Virus record (IMG/VR): IMGVR_UViG_3300028833_003520
Length of the DNA: 64,000 nucleotides
Source: a virus
Lineage: Duplodnaviria; Caudoviricetes
Direction: 5' to 3' (one strand)
Under the pieces are notes generated by a model. It ran no database searches. It saw nothing but the letters and a program-made list of their open reading frames with translations, and was not told the origin of the DNA. Made by a program: the position numbers and the translations under genes. This document shows positions 1-9,655 of this stretch, piece after piece; positions within the stretch are counted from its first letter, which is position 1, and every line of letters begins with the position of its first letter.

Positions 1-443
1 TTGACTTCAGGACTATATTCATCAATGTCCTGTTTATATGTTACTATGTATCGTTCCCATTTCTTAAAGCAAGTAACGGGACGACGATTGGGGTGGATTG
101 CAAACTGAAACATCAAGGTGGATTCTACTGATTTCATTTCTTCATCAGTGATGTGACCAATGTACTGTGCAATCCTACTTTTATCAATTGTGTATAACTG
201 CTCGCATAATGCGAGTGCTTTCTTATCTGCCGACATAATCGGGACTTGCGTGGGACGAACAGGTTTGTTCTTCCTTTCTGTTCGCAGATAAACGACGGTA
301 ACTGTCTGCGAATATTTGTTAGCAACGTCATTGGAGATAACAAGTGCAGGTCTATCAGACCAAATTTCAGCACCAGTTGGCTTAACATCTCCGTCTGTTA
401 TGTGGTAGATATCACCCTTTAAGATAGTACGATTACTTGCCAT
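1..443 (-). CDS. PemK/MazF-family endoribonuclease with C-terminal extension (runs off the left edge; not in ORF track)
   Basis: Manual translation: MASNRTILKGDIYHITDGDVKPTGAEIWSDRPALVISNDVANKYSQTVTVVYL...ALCEQLYTIDKSRIAQYIGHITDEEMKSVE. Carries the GDIY, RPALVISN and EQ..IDK.R MazF motifs. Confidence 0.85.
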   Translation of the reverse strand, partial: MASNRTILKGDIYHITDGDVKPTGAEIWSDRPALVISNDVANKYSQTVTVVYLRTERKNKPVRPTQVPIMSADKKALALCEQLYTIDKSRIAQYIGHITDEEMKSVESTLMFQFAIHPNRRPVTCFKKWERYIVTYKQDIDEYSPEV

Positions 444-496
444 AGTTAATCCATACAAATATCCTTTCTGATTTCTTCATACTTTTTAGTTGCAGA

Positions 497-554
497 ACCA
501 TACGAAGTAGGGGATAGTAGCAAATGCCACTACCCCTACGAATTCGTATTTGGT
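497..554 (-). terminator. Long imperfect hairpin after the helicase stop (terminator or processing stem)
   Basis: Minus strand GTAGGGGTAGTGGCA-TT-TGCTACTATCCCCTAC, with outer TACGAA/TTCGTA and ACCA/TGGT pairing. The G-U pair favours the minus strand. Confidence 0.6.
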
Positions 555-3497
555 TTAAGGAACGGGATTGTTGTTCGGATTAGGCTGTGGTGTTGGCTGA
601 CCGAGGTTATAGTGACCGTCTGCGTCGTAGAAATCGTCGTCGATTTCTTCGAAGGTCATCTTACCCTGTTTAATCATATGTGTCTTACCGACCTTGCGTG
701 CCTGTTCCAAGTCCTTATCGTGCAAAGCCTTGCAGATAAGGTTGTAATCGCTCTGAATACGAGGTGTCTTTACAGTGTTGTAAGACAGGATGCATTCGGA
801 GTTCTTCGCTCTGGTGAATGCAACGTAGAACATACGCTTATCGTCTTCAGGTACACGATTATCAGTCTTGTGGATAATGATAACATTATCGAACTCAAGC
901 CCCTTTACAGAGTGAATGGTTGAGAAAATGAAGTTCTTGGTTGAATAATCTTCCAACTTCTTCTTTTCATTGTTCGTAGAGAGGAGAGACTGACGAATAG
1001 CGTTAGACTCAATCTCGTAAGCAAGAAGGCTTTCCTTAACCTCTTCGAGCAACTTATCTTTGGTGATGATGCCAGCCTGATACTGAGCAACTAATCCATT
1101 GACCGTATCGAAGTATTCTTCTTTCCAAGAGGCAAGCATCTTGGCGAGGGCAACCTGATTTTTCTGTTCATCACCGTGCATAATGTATGAGCAACGGTTC
1201 TGAATAGCCTGTTCAACACAGTCAAGGAAGTTCTGTGAAGGTACGAACTTGATTTCGTGCCAATACTTCTTAATGAATGTGCTGAATACACAAGAATCCA
1301 TAATTCTTTCAGGAATTATGTTTGCAGTAGTTGCCTGAGGATAAAGTGTCTTGATGGCATCTTCAGCCTTTTGAACTTCTCTACGCTTATAAGCGATGAT
1401 TGCAATTTGCTCACCTCTTGCAAGGCAAGCGTCAATGAACGGCTTGCAAGCACCACCGAGGTCGGGACCGATGTGATTCAAGTAGTCTCCTACTTTGGAA
1501 AGTCCCTGATACTGGAGATTGACTTTGTTACGGAAAGTTCTTTCTGTAACTTTAGCAAGACTGTTAGCGTGCAACTGAATGTGAGCAAACTGGTTTGCTT
1601 CAATGTCTGCAAGCGTGGAGTTCGCAAAGTCCAAAATCTCCTGATTACTACGGTAGTTAATCTGCAACTGATAAGTTGTGAATACGTTACTTCCTTCAAG
1701 GGCGTTCAAAGCCTTTGAGTCACTGCCTCTGAACTCGTAGAGTGTCTGTGAACCGTCACCTACGATAAAGAGTGATTCCTTATGCTTATCAACATACTTG
1801 ATAAGGTAGATGAACTCAAAGATTGAGTTGTCCTGTACCTCGTCAACGATGAGGAACTTACTCTGAACTTCGGGCGGTTCAACGAACGAATCAATCTTCT
1901 GATAGCAGATGATGATTTCAAGTTCAAGAGTAGTTTGACCAAGTGTGTCAAGCATATCTATTACTTTGTCGTAATTCTCTTCGACGAAAGCGTTGAGTTT
2001 TACCCACGCTCCTCTGACGTTATAAGCGATGTCGTAGAGCAATTCACTGAATCTTTCAGCCAGAGGGTTCTTCTGGAAGTAGATTTCCAAACAGTTCCTT
2101 ACTGTTGAGATGGATGAAAGTTCGTGCTTGCACTTCTTTTCGCCTGTATTGGGGTCAATAATGCTGAAATTCTCTGAGTAGATGGTGTGAATCATCTTTG
2201 CGATGGTCATCGAGTGAACCTGAGAGTTCAATTCAGAGATATGGTCAGCCGCAGCGTTGGTGAATGATAAGACGGTAATGTCTTCAGGCTTAATACCGCA
2301 GTTAATCATATAAAGCATACGACCATTGATTGCTGTGCTCTTACCTGTGCCTGCACCTGCCTGTACGAGTACAAGGGGTTCAGTTGTAGAAATAGCAACC
2401 TGCTGTTCCTTTGACCAACTGTGAGCCATAGTAGGAAGCGGTATTGCACCATTCGGCTTGCCGAGAGTATTAAGGAGTGCCTTGTTCTTGTTAAGGCTTG
2501 CGAGCGTATCGGAAAGAAGCAAATTCAGATTTGCCTTACAGATACGGGACACAACATCAGGCTGTGTACTGAAATACTTAACAAGAATATCGTAGATGTT
2601 ACGAGACATAGTAAGAGGTATCTGGTATCTTTCCAGGTCTCTTACAAGACGAATGATGATTGTTTCATCGTCGAGAGTGGCTCCTGTAACTCGGTTAGTT
2701 CTACGGTTTGTCTTGGGCTGAGCAATCAACTGCTTGATAAAGTCCTCAACCGTTTCACTGATAGTAGTGTTCCACTCTGTGGCACGCTTTGCAACAACTC
2801 CGTAAACGCTTAATGATGAGAAATAGTCGTCAATAGCGTTCATATCAATGGTAGCCGTTGCACGATTGGGGTTACCGTTCTTAAGTATCTGAATGAGTGT
2901 GTTATAAGGGTCACAGGAGAACTGTACGTCGTATCTATTCTTTGAATAGTCATCCAGTGCAGTGAAATCCAATCCCTTTTCGCACACGAGATTCTTTGAG
3001 TCAGCAATCGTGAAGAGGTTAATCTGATAGCAAGGCTGGAACTTGGATTCCTTTGTGCCATCTTTATGCGTTGTCTCTTCAAGAATGATACTGTGAATGT
3101 CGAGGCTTATGTAGATGTCAGCATTGACATTGTTCTTCTTGCCAACAATTGTACCAATCTTCTGCATAGTTGCGTCGAGATTAGGGTCAGGAGCCGTGCG
3201 GTAAAGATAGTAATCCCAAAGGTTGCAAGTTGCGTGTATCGGGATTGTATTAAGAGGAAGGAAGTAAGTCTTGGTATCACCACTGACTGTTGTGTCCTTC
3301 TTACAATGCAGATTGTTTGCATTAGTAGGACGATTCATCATAAGAGGATTCATCGGGTTGTTTGCTTCGCAGAGCAAACCAACTTTCTTACCGTTTCCTG
3401 TAAGGATAGGACTGAAAAACTTCGGTGAATACTCGATAACAGTCGCTACGCTTTGCTGATTAACCAGATTGTCAAGGTTACTAAAATCTATTGGCAT
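555..3497 (-). CDS. UvrD/PcrA-like SF1 helicase with ~350 aa unknown N-terminal region
   Basis: Motifs QAGAGTGKST, VLSFTNAAA, IVDEVQD, VGDGSQTLYEFRG, NYRS, STIHSVKGLEFD, FYVAFTRAK. Confidence 0.92.
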   Translation of the reverse strand: MPIDFSNLDNLVNQQSVATVIEYSPKFFSPILTGNGKKVGLLCEANNPMNPLMMNRPTNANNLHCKKDTTVSGDTKTYFLPLNTIPIHATCNLWDYYLYRTAPDPNLDATMQKIGTIVGKKNNVNADIYISLDIHSIILEETTHKDGTKESKFQPCYQINLFTIADSKNLVCEKGLDFTALDDYSKNRYDVQFSCDPYNTLIQILKNGNPNRATATIDMNAIDDYFSSLSVYGVVAKRATEWNTTISETVEDFIKQLIAQPKTNRRTNRVTGATLDDETIIIRLVRDLERYQIPLTMSRNIYDILVKYFSTQPDVVSRICKANLNLLLSDTLASLNKNKALLNTLGKPNGAIPLPTMAHSWSKEQQVAISTTEPLVLVQAGAGTGKSTAINGRMLYMINCGIKPEDITVLSFTNAAADHISELNSQVHSMTIAKMIHTIYSENFSIIDPNTGEKKCKHELSSISTVRNCLEIYFQKNPLAERFSELLYDIAYNVRGAWVKLNAFVEENYDKVIDMLDTLGQTTLELEIIICYQKIDSFVEPPEVQSKFLIVDEVQDNSIFEFIYLIKYVDKHKESLFIVGDGSQTLYEFRGSDSKALNALEGSNVFTTYQLQINYRSNQEILDFANSTLADIEANQFAHIQLHANSLAKVTERTFRNKVNLQYQGLSKVGDYLNHIGPDLGGACKPFIDACLARGEQIAIIAYKRREVQKAEDAIKTLYPQATTANIIPERIMDSCVFSTFIKKYWHEIKFVPSQNFLDCVEQAIQNRCSYIMHGDEQKNQVALAKMLASWKEEYFDTVNGLVAQYQAGIITKDKLLEEVKESLLAYEIESNAIRQSLLSTNNEKKKLEDYSTKNFIFSTIHSVKGLEFDNVIIIHKTDNRVPEDDKRMFYVAFTRAKNSECILSYNTVKTPRIQSDYNLICKALHDKDLEQARKVGKTHMIKQGKMTFEEIDDDFYDADGHYNLGQPTPQPNPNNNPVP

Positions 3498-3523
3498 TAT
3501 AGTTATCCTTTCTGTTTGTATTT

Positions 3524-3553
3524 ATTCTCCCTGCTGGTTAGAACAGGGAGAAT
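3524..3553 (-). terminator. Intergenic hairpin
   Basis: ATTCTCCCTG-N10-CAGGGAGAAT, perfect 10-bp stem. Confidence 0.5.
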
Positions 3554-3587
3554 GCCTTATTTGATTTTAAGTACGAAAGAGTTGGAG

Positions 3588-5651
3588 TCAAGTGTCACTA
3601 TCTTTATCGTTTGGCTCACTCTCGATTGGTGATGCAGATTTTGTATCATCAATGAGATAAGTAGAGTCAGATTCAACGATAGCGTTTTCAGTGAGAATAC
3701 TGCCATTATAGTAATTCGTGGAAGCCATTCTTTTTGCTTTAAGCATAAAGTTTTCTATGTATTCACGAACTGCTTTGTTAGCAGGGCGAGCACCGAATGA
3801 AGGTACATAAGTACGCTTAACTATTTCATCTAAATCTTTGTCAGGTATCTTGTCAGGGAGTTTGAGTGTTCTCTTTTCTGCCTTGATACGAGTGACTTCT
3901 CTTTCGTATATATCTACAACGATTTCTCTGTAGATATCTTCGTTCAATTCATTCATCTGAATGATATGGTCGAATCTATTCAGAAGTTCGTTATCAAACC
4001 ATTTGGACAATTCTTTGACTTCAGACTTGTAAGAAGTCTTTGCCTCTTCTGTGTTGAAGCCAAGAGGATTCTTGACTTCTTTGTGAGCAGCATTTGAAGT
4101 AGCAATGATAATTGCTTTTGAAAAGTCAATGACTTGACCGTTACGATTGCTCTTAATGTAGCCTTCATCAAAGGCTTGCATAAAGAGTCTCTGAACAGAT
4201 TTATGTGCTTTCTCTAACTCGTCAAGCAGAATAACTGCGTAAGGGTTAGATGCGAGTGAGTCGAACGGTAATTCTGCATTGGAATCACTTCCAATGAAAC
4301 CCACGACAGAACCAACAATCTTGTTGATACTATCTTCTCCTGAGAACTCTGTCATATTGAGGGTAATGATAGGCGAACTTGTTAAGTCTTTGCCAAGAAC
4401 CTTGGCAATTTCTGTCTTACCAACGCCTGAAGGACCGACAAGTAAGAATGTCAGAGGTTTCTTGTGTGGGAATAATTCAAAATCATTTCGTTCGACCGCA
4501 TTGCAAATTTCTGCAAGTGCTTCGTCCTGACCTTTGATGTATGAAAGGTCTCTTTCGAGGGCTTCGATATCAAGTTCAGTTTTCGAACTGGTTCCTGTCA
4601 TCATTCTGATGGCAGTTTTCTTGATTTGTTCAACGGTCAGACGGAAGAACGGCATACTGTGGATAGCGTCGATTGTATCTTGAGCACGCTGTCTATCTTC
4701 TGCAGTTTTTGCAAGTAATTTTTGAGTGGTCATTTCCTGTTCGGCAGTCTTATAGAACAAGATGGTATCAGCAATGGCTCTGTCCATCAGAGTAATTGCG
4801 GTATCAGGTCTATGATTGCCAGCGAGATGATAATCATCGGCGATTGCTACGAGGGCTTCAAGAATATCGTCTTTGAACTGAACTTTCTTATTGTAATGGT
4901 TGTAATAAGAAGGCTTAATGTCTTTCAGAATTTCGATAGTCTGAGACTTCGATAATTCATCAACGATAACTCTTGTAAATCTTCTGTTGAAAGCAGGATT
5001 ATCCATAAAGTCCTTGCTTTCCTGAAGAGTAGTAGAGCCGATAACTTTAATTTCGCCTCGTGCCAATGCAGGTTTCAAAATTTCTGCAATGTCAGTGTAA
5101 TGCCTTGCAGAAAGCATTAAATGTATCTCATCAATAAACAAGATTGCTTTGTTTTTCGGGTCTGATGCAAACTCTATAACGGCTTGCATTTTCTGCTCAA
5201 CCATACCAACTAAGGTACTGCCTGATACTATGTTCTGTAGAGGCAGAGAGTAGATGGTATAGCCTTTAAGCGAATCAGGTATGAGAGGGTCGTCGTTTTC
5301 AAGTCTGCGAGCAATATCTTCTACAATACAAGTTTTACCGACACCTGCGGAACCGATATACAAAGCGTTTGGCTTGTTTTTACCGATAAGAATGGAGAGT
5401 GTTTGTTCAATGATTTCGTCTCTGAATTTAATCGGAGTGGCATCTTTGAACATATCGTTGTAATTGATAAGCAGAGAGTCGAGCGAATTTTCTTCGCCTG
5501 TACCGTTAGAGTTTCTACTCGGTGCAATCACAATTACTCTGGGCTGACCATTATCTTCGTTGTTACCGCCGTTGTTTGTTCCATTGTCTTCAGGCGGTGG
5601 AGTGTTTTTCGATTTATCCGATGTCGGATTTGTAAAATTGTTGTAAGCCAT
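3588..5651 (-). CDS. ClpA/ClpC-like two-ring AAA+ ATPase lacking N-terminal Clp repeats
   Basis: Walker A/B twice (GSAGVGKT / ILFIDEIH; GPSGVGKT / ILLDELEKAH), LKPALARGE, and an LGF loop. Confidence 0.9.
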   Translation of the reverse strand: MAYNNFTNPTSDKSKNTPPPEDNGTNNGGNNEDNGQPRVIVIAPSRNSNGTGEENSLDSLLINYNDMFKDATPIKFRDEIIEQTLSILIGKNKPNALYIGSAGVGKTCIVEDIARRLENDDPLIPDSLKGYTIYSLPLQNIVSGSTLVGMVEQKMQAVIEFASDPKNKAILFIDEIHLMLSARHYTDIAEILKPALARGEIKVIGSTTLQESKDFMDNPAFNRRFTRVIVDELSKSQTIEILKDIKPSYYNHYNKKVQFKDDILEALVAIADDYHLAGNHRPDTAITLMDRAIADTILFYKTAEQEMTTQKLLAKTAEDRQRAQDTIDAIHSMPFFRLTVEQIKKTAIRMMTGTSSKTELDIEALERDLSYIKGQDEALAEICNAVERNDFELFPHKKPLTFLLVGPSGVGKTEIAKVLGKDLTSSPIITLNMTEFSGEDSINKIVGSVVGFIGSDSNAELPFDSLASNPYAVILLDELEKAHKSVQRLFMQAFDEGYIKSNRNGQVIDFSKAIIIATSNAAHKEVKNPLGFNTEEAKTSYKSEVKELSKWFDNELLNRFDHIIQMNELNEDIYREIVVDIYEREVTRIKAEKRTLKLPDKIPDKDLDEIVKRTYVPSFGARPANKAVREYIENFMLKAKRMASTNYYNGSILTENAIVESDSTYLIDDTKSASPIESEPNDKDSDT

Positions 5652-5681
5652 TGCAGTTACTATCCTTTTTGTTGTTGAAAT

Positions 5682-5726
5682 TACGGTAGGTTAGGGTGGA
5701 AGGCAAGCCTTCCAACCCTTACCGTA
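5682..5726 (-). terminator. Intergenic hairpin
   Basis: TACGGTA..AGGGT-GGAAGGC-AA-GCCTTCC-A-ACCCT-TACCGTA. Confidence 0.55.
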
Positions 5727-5732
5727 TTTGAA

Positions 5733-7439
5733 TCAGAAGAGAAGTTTTCTTCTGATATCGGGGTCAACGTGTAACATACTTTCACAGAAGCGTTCTGCTG
5801 ACTCTTTTTCCTCTTCGAAGTCAATACAACCGTATGATTCGAGAGGCAAGTAGTAGAGATTTCGGGGATGTTTAACGAAACGGTTCTGTCTCCATACCCA
5901 TTCAAAGTCAGTCATAATGATAGAGAATTCTCTCTTACGCTTATCGCTCTGATTGATGTAGTGCCAAATCTGCTCGTAATCTGTACCGCCGTCAACCTTT
6001 TTGATGCGGTTAAATTCGGCAAAGATTTCGGATAAGGTCTTATCACGACACTTAATAAGTGAATCGGAAGACAAACTATCGGAGAAACTGTTGAAGTATA
6101 AGTTCATATTAAACTTTTTGGCTAATATGATACAAGACTTGATAGCAGTCTGATAGTTCTGTTCACTAACGGAACCCGAAGTATCGAGGTAGATATGAAT
6201 ATCGGGTTTATAAGTGACTCGTGTAGTTTTACCTTGCAGATTGAAGTCTTCAGGCTTACGTCTGTTAGGGCGTGAGAAAGTATGAACTGTGTTCTTAAAG
6301 ATGTTCTCTGATGACTGAACCGCTTGCATTTTATCAAGAATGCTCTTGATGATAACAAGCATTTCTTCAGGAGTCGGCTGTTTCGTTCTGAACTTCATAG
6401 GCTTGCAAACGCCAGATGCTTTGTTATTCTGAAGCATCATTTCGGCTGCAACTACGGCTCCCTTTGCCGCCTTACGCAAATTCTTTGCGGATGCGGTAAG
6501 TCTGTTCAGTTCTTTCTGACTGGTTGTTGTAATCTTCATACTAACAGCCTGAGAGATAATGTCCCATTCATCACGGATGGATGTTGCAGACGCTCTTGAA
6601 TGTTTCTCAACATTTACAAGAGTGATTGTTCTTGGAGTGTAAAGTTCTCTCAATGAAAACGGTAGGCAACCGAACTCTGCGTCGGAGACCTGTTTGGTGT
6701 AGTTCATCAATGCGGCAACGATGATTCGTGCAAATGAGAACTCTTCTACGTTTTCATCAGGTAAGTCACGAAGAGCAAAGGTTTCAGTCAGGTTATCTAA
6801 CTTAACATTCATAAAGTCTTTTATGATGTTACAGGTGGCATTTGATAAAACTCCACTTGCGTACATAGGCTGAACTTGAATGTCGAACCAAGCCTTAAAA
6901 TCTTCGAACGACCTCTCGTTTACAAAGTAAAATCCGAGAGTATCAGGTCTTGCATAATATGCAAGGGCAACGAAGAACTTTTCGTATGAACATACTCCAC
7001 CCAAGAACTGTCTGGCTGTAGGGATTACATCCTGAGCAGGTGTGTAGATGATTGTCTGTGAAGGAAAGGGGAGAGGCGGCACGCCTGGGTGAGTCGCATT
7101 CTCCTTGACTAACGCCTGTACGGAGAACAGTGAATCAACAGGCATCTGAGGTGCCTTATCATAATAAATCATTGTGCTTGTCAGCAATTCCTTAACAGCA
7201 AGTTCAGCAGCAGGGTTGTTGTTGATGTAAGCATCAACAACGAGTGCCGTTATATCATCTTCTGTGAGTTTCTTGCCATTCGCCTGAATAGAGGCTTTGA
7301 CACGCTTAGAATGAGGAGTGAATAACGGTTTTACTATTGTCTCCTTGATGAAGGCAATAGGGTCGAAGTCCCCTGACGGCTTTGATGTGTAAATTGGTGA
7401 AAGCACGACAGGCTTATTATTACTTACACTAATAGCCAT
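5733..7439 (-). CDS. von Willebrand factor A (vWA) domain protein
   Basis: C-terminal MIDAS: IYLDTSGS, GGTD, IIMTD. Adjacent to a MoxR-type ATPase. Confidence 0.85.
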   Translation of the reverse strand: MAISVSNNKPVVLSPIYTSKPSGDFDPIAFIKETIVKPLFTPHSKRVKASIQANGKKLTEDDITALVVDAYINNNPAAELAVKELLTSTMIYYDKAPQMPVDSLFSVQALVKENATHPGVPPLPFPSQTIIYTPAQDVIPTARQFLGGVCSYEKFFVALAYYARPDTLGFYFVNERSFEDFKAWFDIQVQPMYASGVLSNATCNIIKDFMNVKLDNLTETFALRDLPDENVEEFSFARIIVAALMNYTKQVSDAEFGCLPFSLRELYTPRTITLVNVEKHSRASATSIRDEWDIISQAVSMKITTTSQKELNRLTASAKNLRKAAKGAVVAAEMMLQNNKASGVCKPMKFRTKQPTPEEMLVIIKSILDKMQAVQSSENIFKNTVHTFSRPNRRKPEDFNLQGKTTRVTYKPDIHIYLDTSGSVSEQNYQTAIKSCIILAKKFNMNLYFNSFSDSLSSDSLIKCRDKTLSEIFAEFNRIKKVDGGTDYEQIWHYINQSDKRKREFSIIMTDFEWVWRQNRFVKHPRNLYYLPLESYGCIDFEEEKESAERFCESMLHVDPDIRRKLLF

Positions 7440-7486
7440 ATCTTTTTCCTTTCTGAAATATGGTATGTTACATTATGGACTAAATA

Positions 7487-8764
7487 TTAGCCCATAATGT
7501 AACTGAGTGACTGTGCGAGAGGTGTGTTGGAATTGAGTACGGACTCAACATTTCCAGAATCAAGCATATCCTTTGAGTAAAGTCCCATAAGAGTCTTGAG
7601 GTCAACGGGGTCCATCTTCTTGATTTCAGTTACCAACTGAGTGATGTAGATTTCGTTGTCTTCCTTCTCATACATAAGGTAGAGCATACAACCTGACTTC
7701 TCACCGTCTGTCATCTTTGAGATGAAGTCGTTGAGAGAGTTTACATCCTTGCACTTCTTGAAATCGTCGTAGCAAGAAGGCTTAGGTACTGTAACAGAAG
7801 TATTGCTACCGTTACCGAGATTAGCGACGTTGCTTGTGATTTCTGCATAGAGAAGAGCAGCAAATGCGGTTTGACCGACAACTGCTTCGATAATGCCCTG
7901 AAGAGCACTCTTATCGGGAACATTTTCTCCTACCTTCTGTACAGTGTTGATACGAGCATAGAACTCGTCCTTTGTGTACATATTGAGTTTCTGTGAAAGA
8001 GCCTCAATGCTTCGAGGTGATGTAAAAGGTACACTTCTACCTTCGTCGAGAAGTTCCTCAATGTCAAACTCGTTGTTATTATCAGGGTCAGAAATCTGAC
8101 CAGTAGCAGAGATAGAGATTGACTTCTGAAGCAGACATTCAGGATGCTTAACGAGTACATTCTTAATGTAGATGTTAAGGTCAGGAACTACTTCGAGGAA
8201 TGTATCGAGGTCGGGCTTTACGTGAATCCAGAACAGTCTGTTAATAACAGCGTCATCAACGGTTGTAACGTGTCCCTTATCATTACCCGAAAGCATAATC
8301 TTCAGGTTATCAGGAAGAGCGAATGTACCGATAACTCTCTGAGTTGCAAGGTTGAGAAGTGAGGACATAACGTCAGCAGGAACTCTGTTGAACTCATCGA
8401 GGAAGAGAATAGGAGTTTCTCTCGGATTGTCGATAGCGTACATAATAGCGTCAGTAATTTCCTGACGAGGATAGAAGTTTGTCTGATACTGCAAACCACT
8501 ATTGAAAAGGTCTGTTGAGTTCTTACCCTTAAGAGTCTTGGGGTCGATAGGAATAAGTCTCTGACCTGTAAGGTCGGCTCTATCTACCAACTGGTTACAA
8601 GGAATGGTGAATGCCTTTGTGTGCATCTCGTTTGCGAGTGCAAGAACGAAGGAAGTCTTACCAATACCAGGCTCTCCGAGTAAGCAGGGCAAGGCTCTTG
8701 TCTGAAGAGTCTTCTTGATTTCATCAGTAAGCAGGGGACCAAACTGGAAGTTCACATCATACAT
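7487..8764 (-). CDS. MoxR/AAA_5-like AAA+ ATPase
   Basis: GEPGIGKT, LFLDEFNR, SGN, DDAVINR, SPRS. Start moved to ATG 8764 after AAAGGAG. Confidence 0.88.
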   Translation of the reverse strand: MYDVNFQFGPLLTDEIKKTLQTRALPCLLGEPGIGKTSFVLALANEMHTKAFTIPCNQLVDRADLTGQRLIPIDPKTLKGKNSTDLFNSGLQYQTNFYPRQEITDAIMYAIDNPRETPILFLDEFNRVPADVMSSLLNLATQRVIGTFALPDNLKIMLSGNDKGHVTTVDDAVINRLFWIHVKPDLDTFLEVVPDLNIYIKNVLVKHPECLLQKSISISATGQISDPDNNNEFDIEELLDEGRSVPFTSPRSIEALSQKLNMYTKDEFYARINTVQKVGENVPDKSALQGIIEAVVGQTAFAALLYAEITSNVANLGNGSNTSVTVPKPSCYDDFKKCKDVNSLNDFISKMTDGEKSGCMLYLMYEKEDNEIYITQLVTEIKKMDPVDLKTLMGLYSKDMLDSGNVESVLNSNTPLAQSLSYIMG

Positions 8765-8816
8765 AATAGTTTCTCCTTTAATTTTTATCGTTTGATGATG
8801 TAATGTGTTGTTACTC

Positions 8817-8836
8817 AAAAAAGCAGTGTTGCTTTT
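8817..8836 (-). terminator. Small intrinsic terminator-like hairpin upstream of the AAA gene
   Basis: Minus strand AAAAGCA-ACAC-TGCTTTTTT. Confidence 0.4.
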
Positions 8837-8988
8837 AAGAATCATAAATAGTACATAAATCTATAAACTTATAGATTCGCTTTTGGGCTTACACTCCTTT
8901 ATGTGTAAGAACCAAAGGCAGTTCGAAAGTTATGGGCAATAACTTGCGATTAGGGATTTTGAAGGTATGTGTTCAATATTAAAAATCG

Positions 8989-9017
8989 TTGATATATCAA
9001 CCAATTTATGCTAATAT
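8989..9017 (+). promoter_or_regulatory. sigmaA-type promoter for the plus-strand hydrolase
   Basis: TTGATA-N17-TAATAT with extended TGn. Confidence 0.55.
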
Positions 9018-9052
9018 TGAATGTGAATTATATGAGGAAAGAGAGGTATATT

Positions 9053-9655
9053 ATGACAGGCAAAAGTCATTTGGCGGCAAATATTGGAACAGCAATTTAT
9101 TGCACGAATGCTATGGTATATGCTGTTTGTTTTGCTCCACCAATGATTGCAAAAATTGCAAATGAAGGACTGCATTATTTTGCTGGCTCTGGAGATAATA
9201 CCCCTTTAGTTCTTTATATCATAGCGAGTGTTGGTTTTTATCTTTTAGGAACATTACTTCCTGATATAGATAAAGACACTTCTATGATTTCACAGATATT
9301 TCACTTTCACATACCGATAGAACATCATACGTGGACACACTTGGTTTATTGGGCGTTAGCGTTTATTCCTTTGGGATTAGTGTTTCGACCAATAATGTTT
9401 CTGCCAATCGGTTATGTTTTACATCTTGTGGCAGATAGTTTTTCTGTGTGTGGCAACTGTTGGTTTGTTCTTAATTATCGTCGTTATGGCGATAATGGTG
9501 CAAAGGTGAAGAAAGGACATATCCTGAAACTTTACCAAACAGGCAAAGCCTCGGAATATGTCCTCGTAAGTGTTTTCTTCACTTTAGCCGTTGTGATGTG
9601 TATCTACTTTTACAAAGAAGATATTTACCGAACGGCATTAGATGTCATCATCTAA
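9053..9655 (+). CDS. Membrane-bound metal-dependent hydrolase (YdjM/DUF457-like)
   Basis: MTGKSH, GTLLPDID, HHTWTH, LHLVAD motifs and hydrophobic helices. SD GAGAGG. Confidence 0.8.
   Translation: MTGKSHLAANIGTAIYCTNAMVYAVCFAPPMIAKIANEGLHYFAGSGDNTPLVLYIIASVGFYLLGTLLPDIDKDTSMISQIFHFHIPIEHHTWTHLVYWALAFIPLGLVFRPIMFLPIGYVLHLVADSFSVCGNCWFVLNYRRYGDNGAKVKKGHILKLYQTGKASEYVLVSVFFTLAVVMCIYFYKEDIYRTALDVII

Noticed and set aside
134-388. ORF-track 84-aa minus ORF
   Set aside because: Out-of-frame overlap with the MazF-like gene, which has family motifs.
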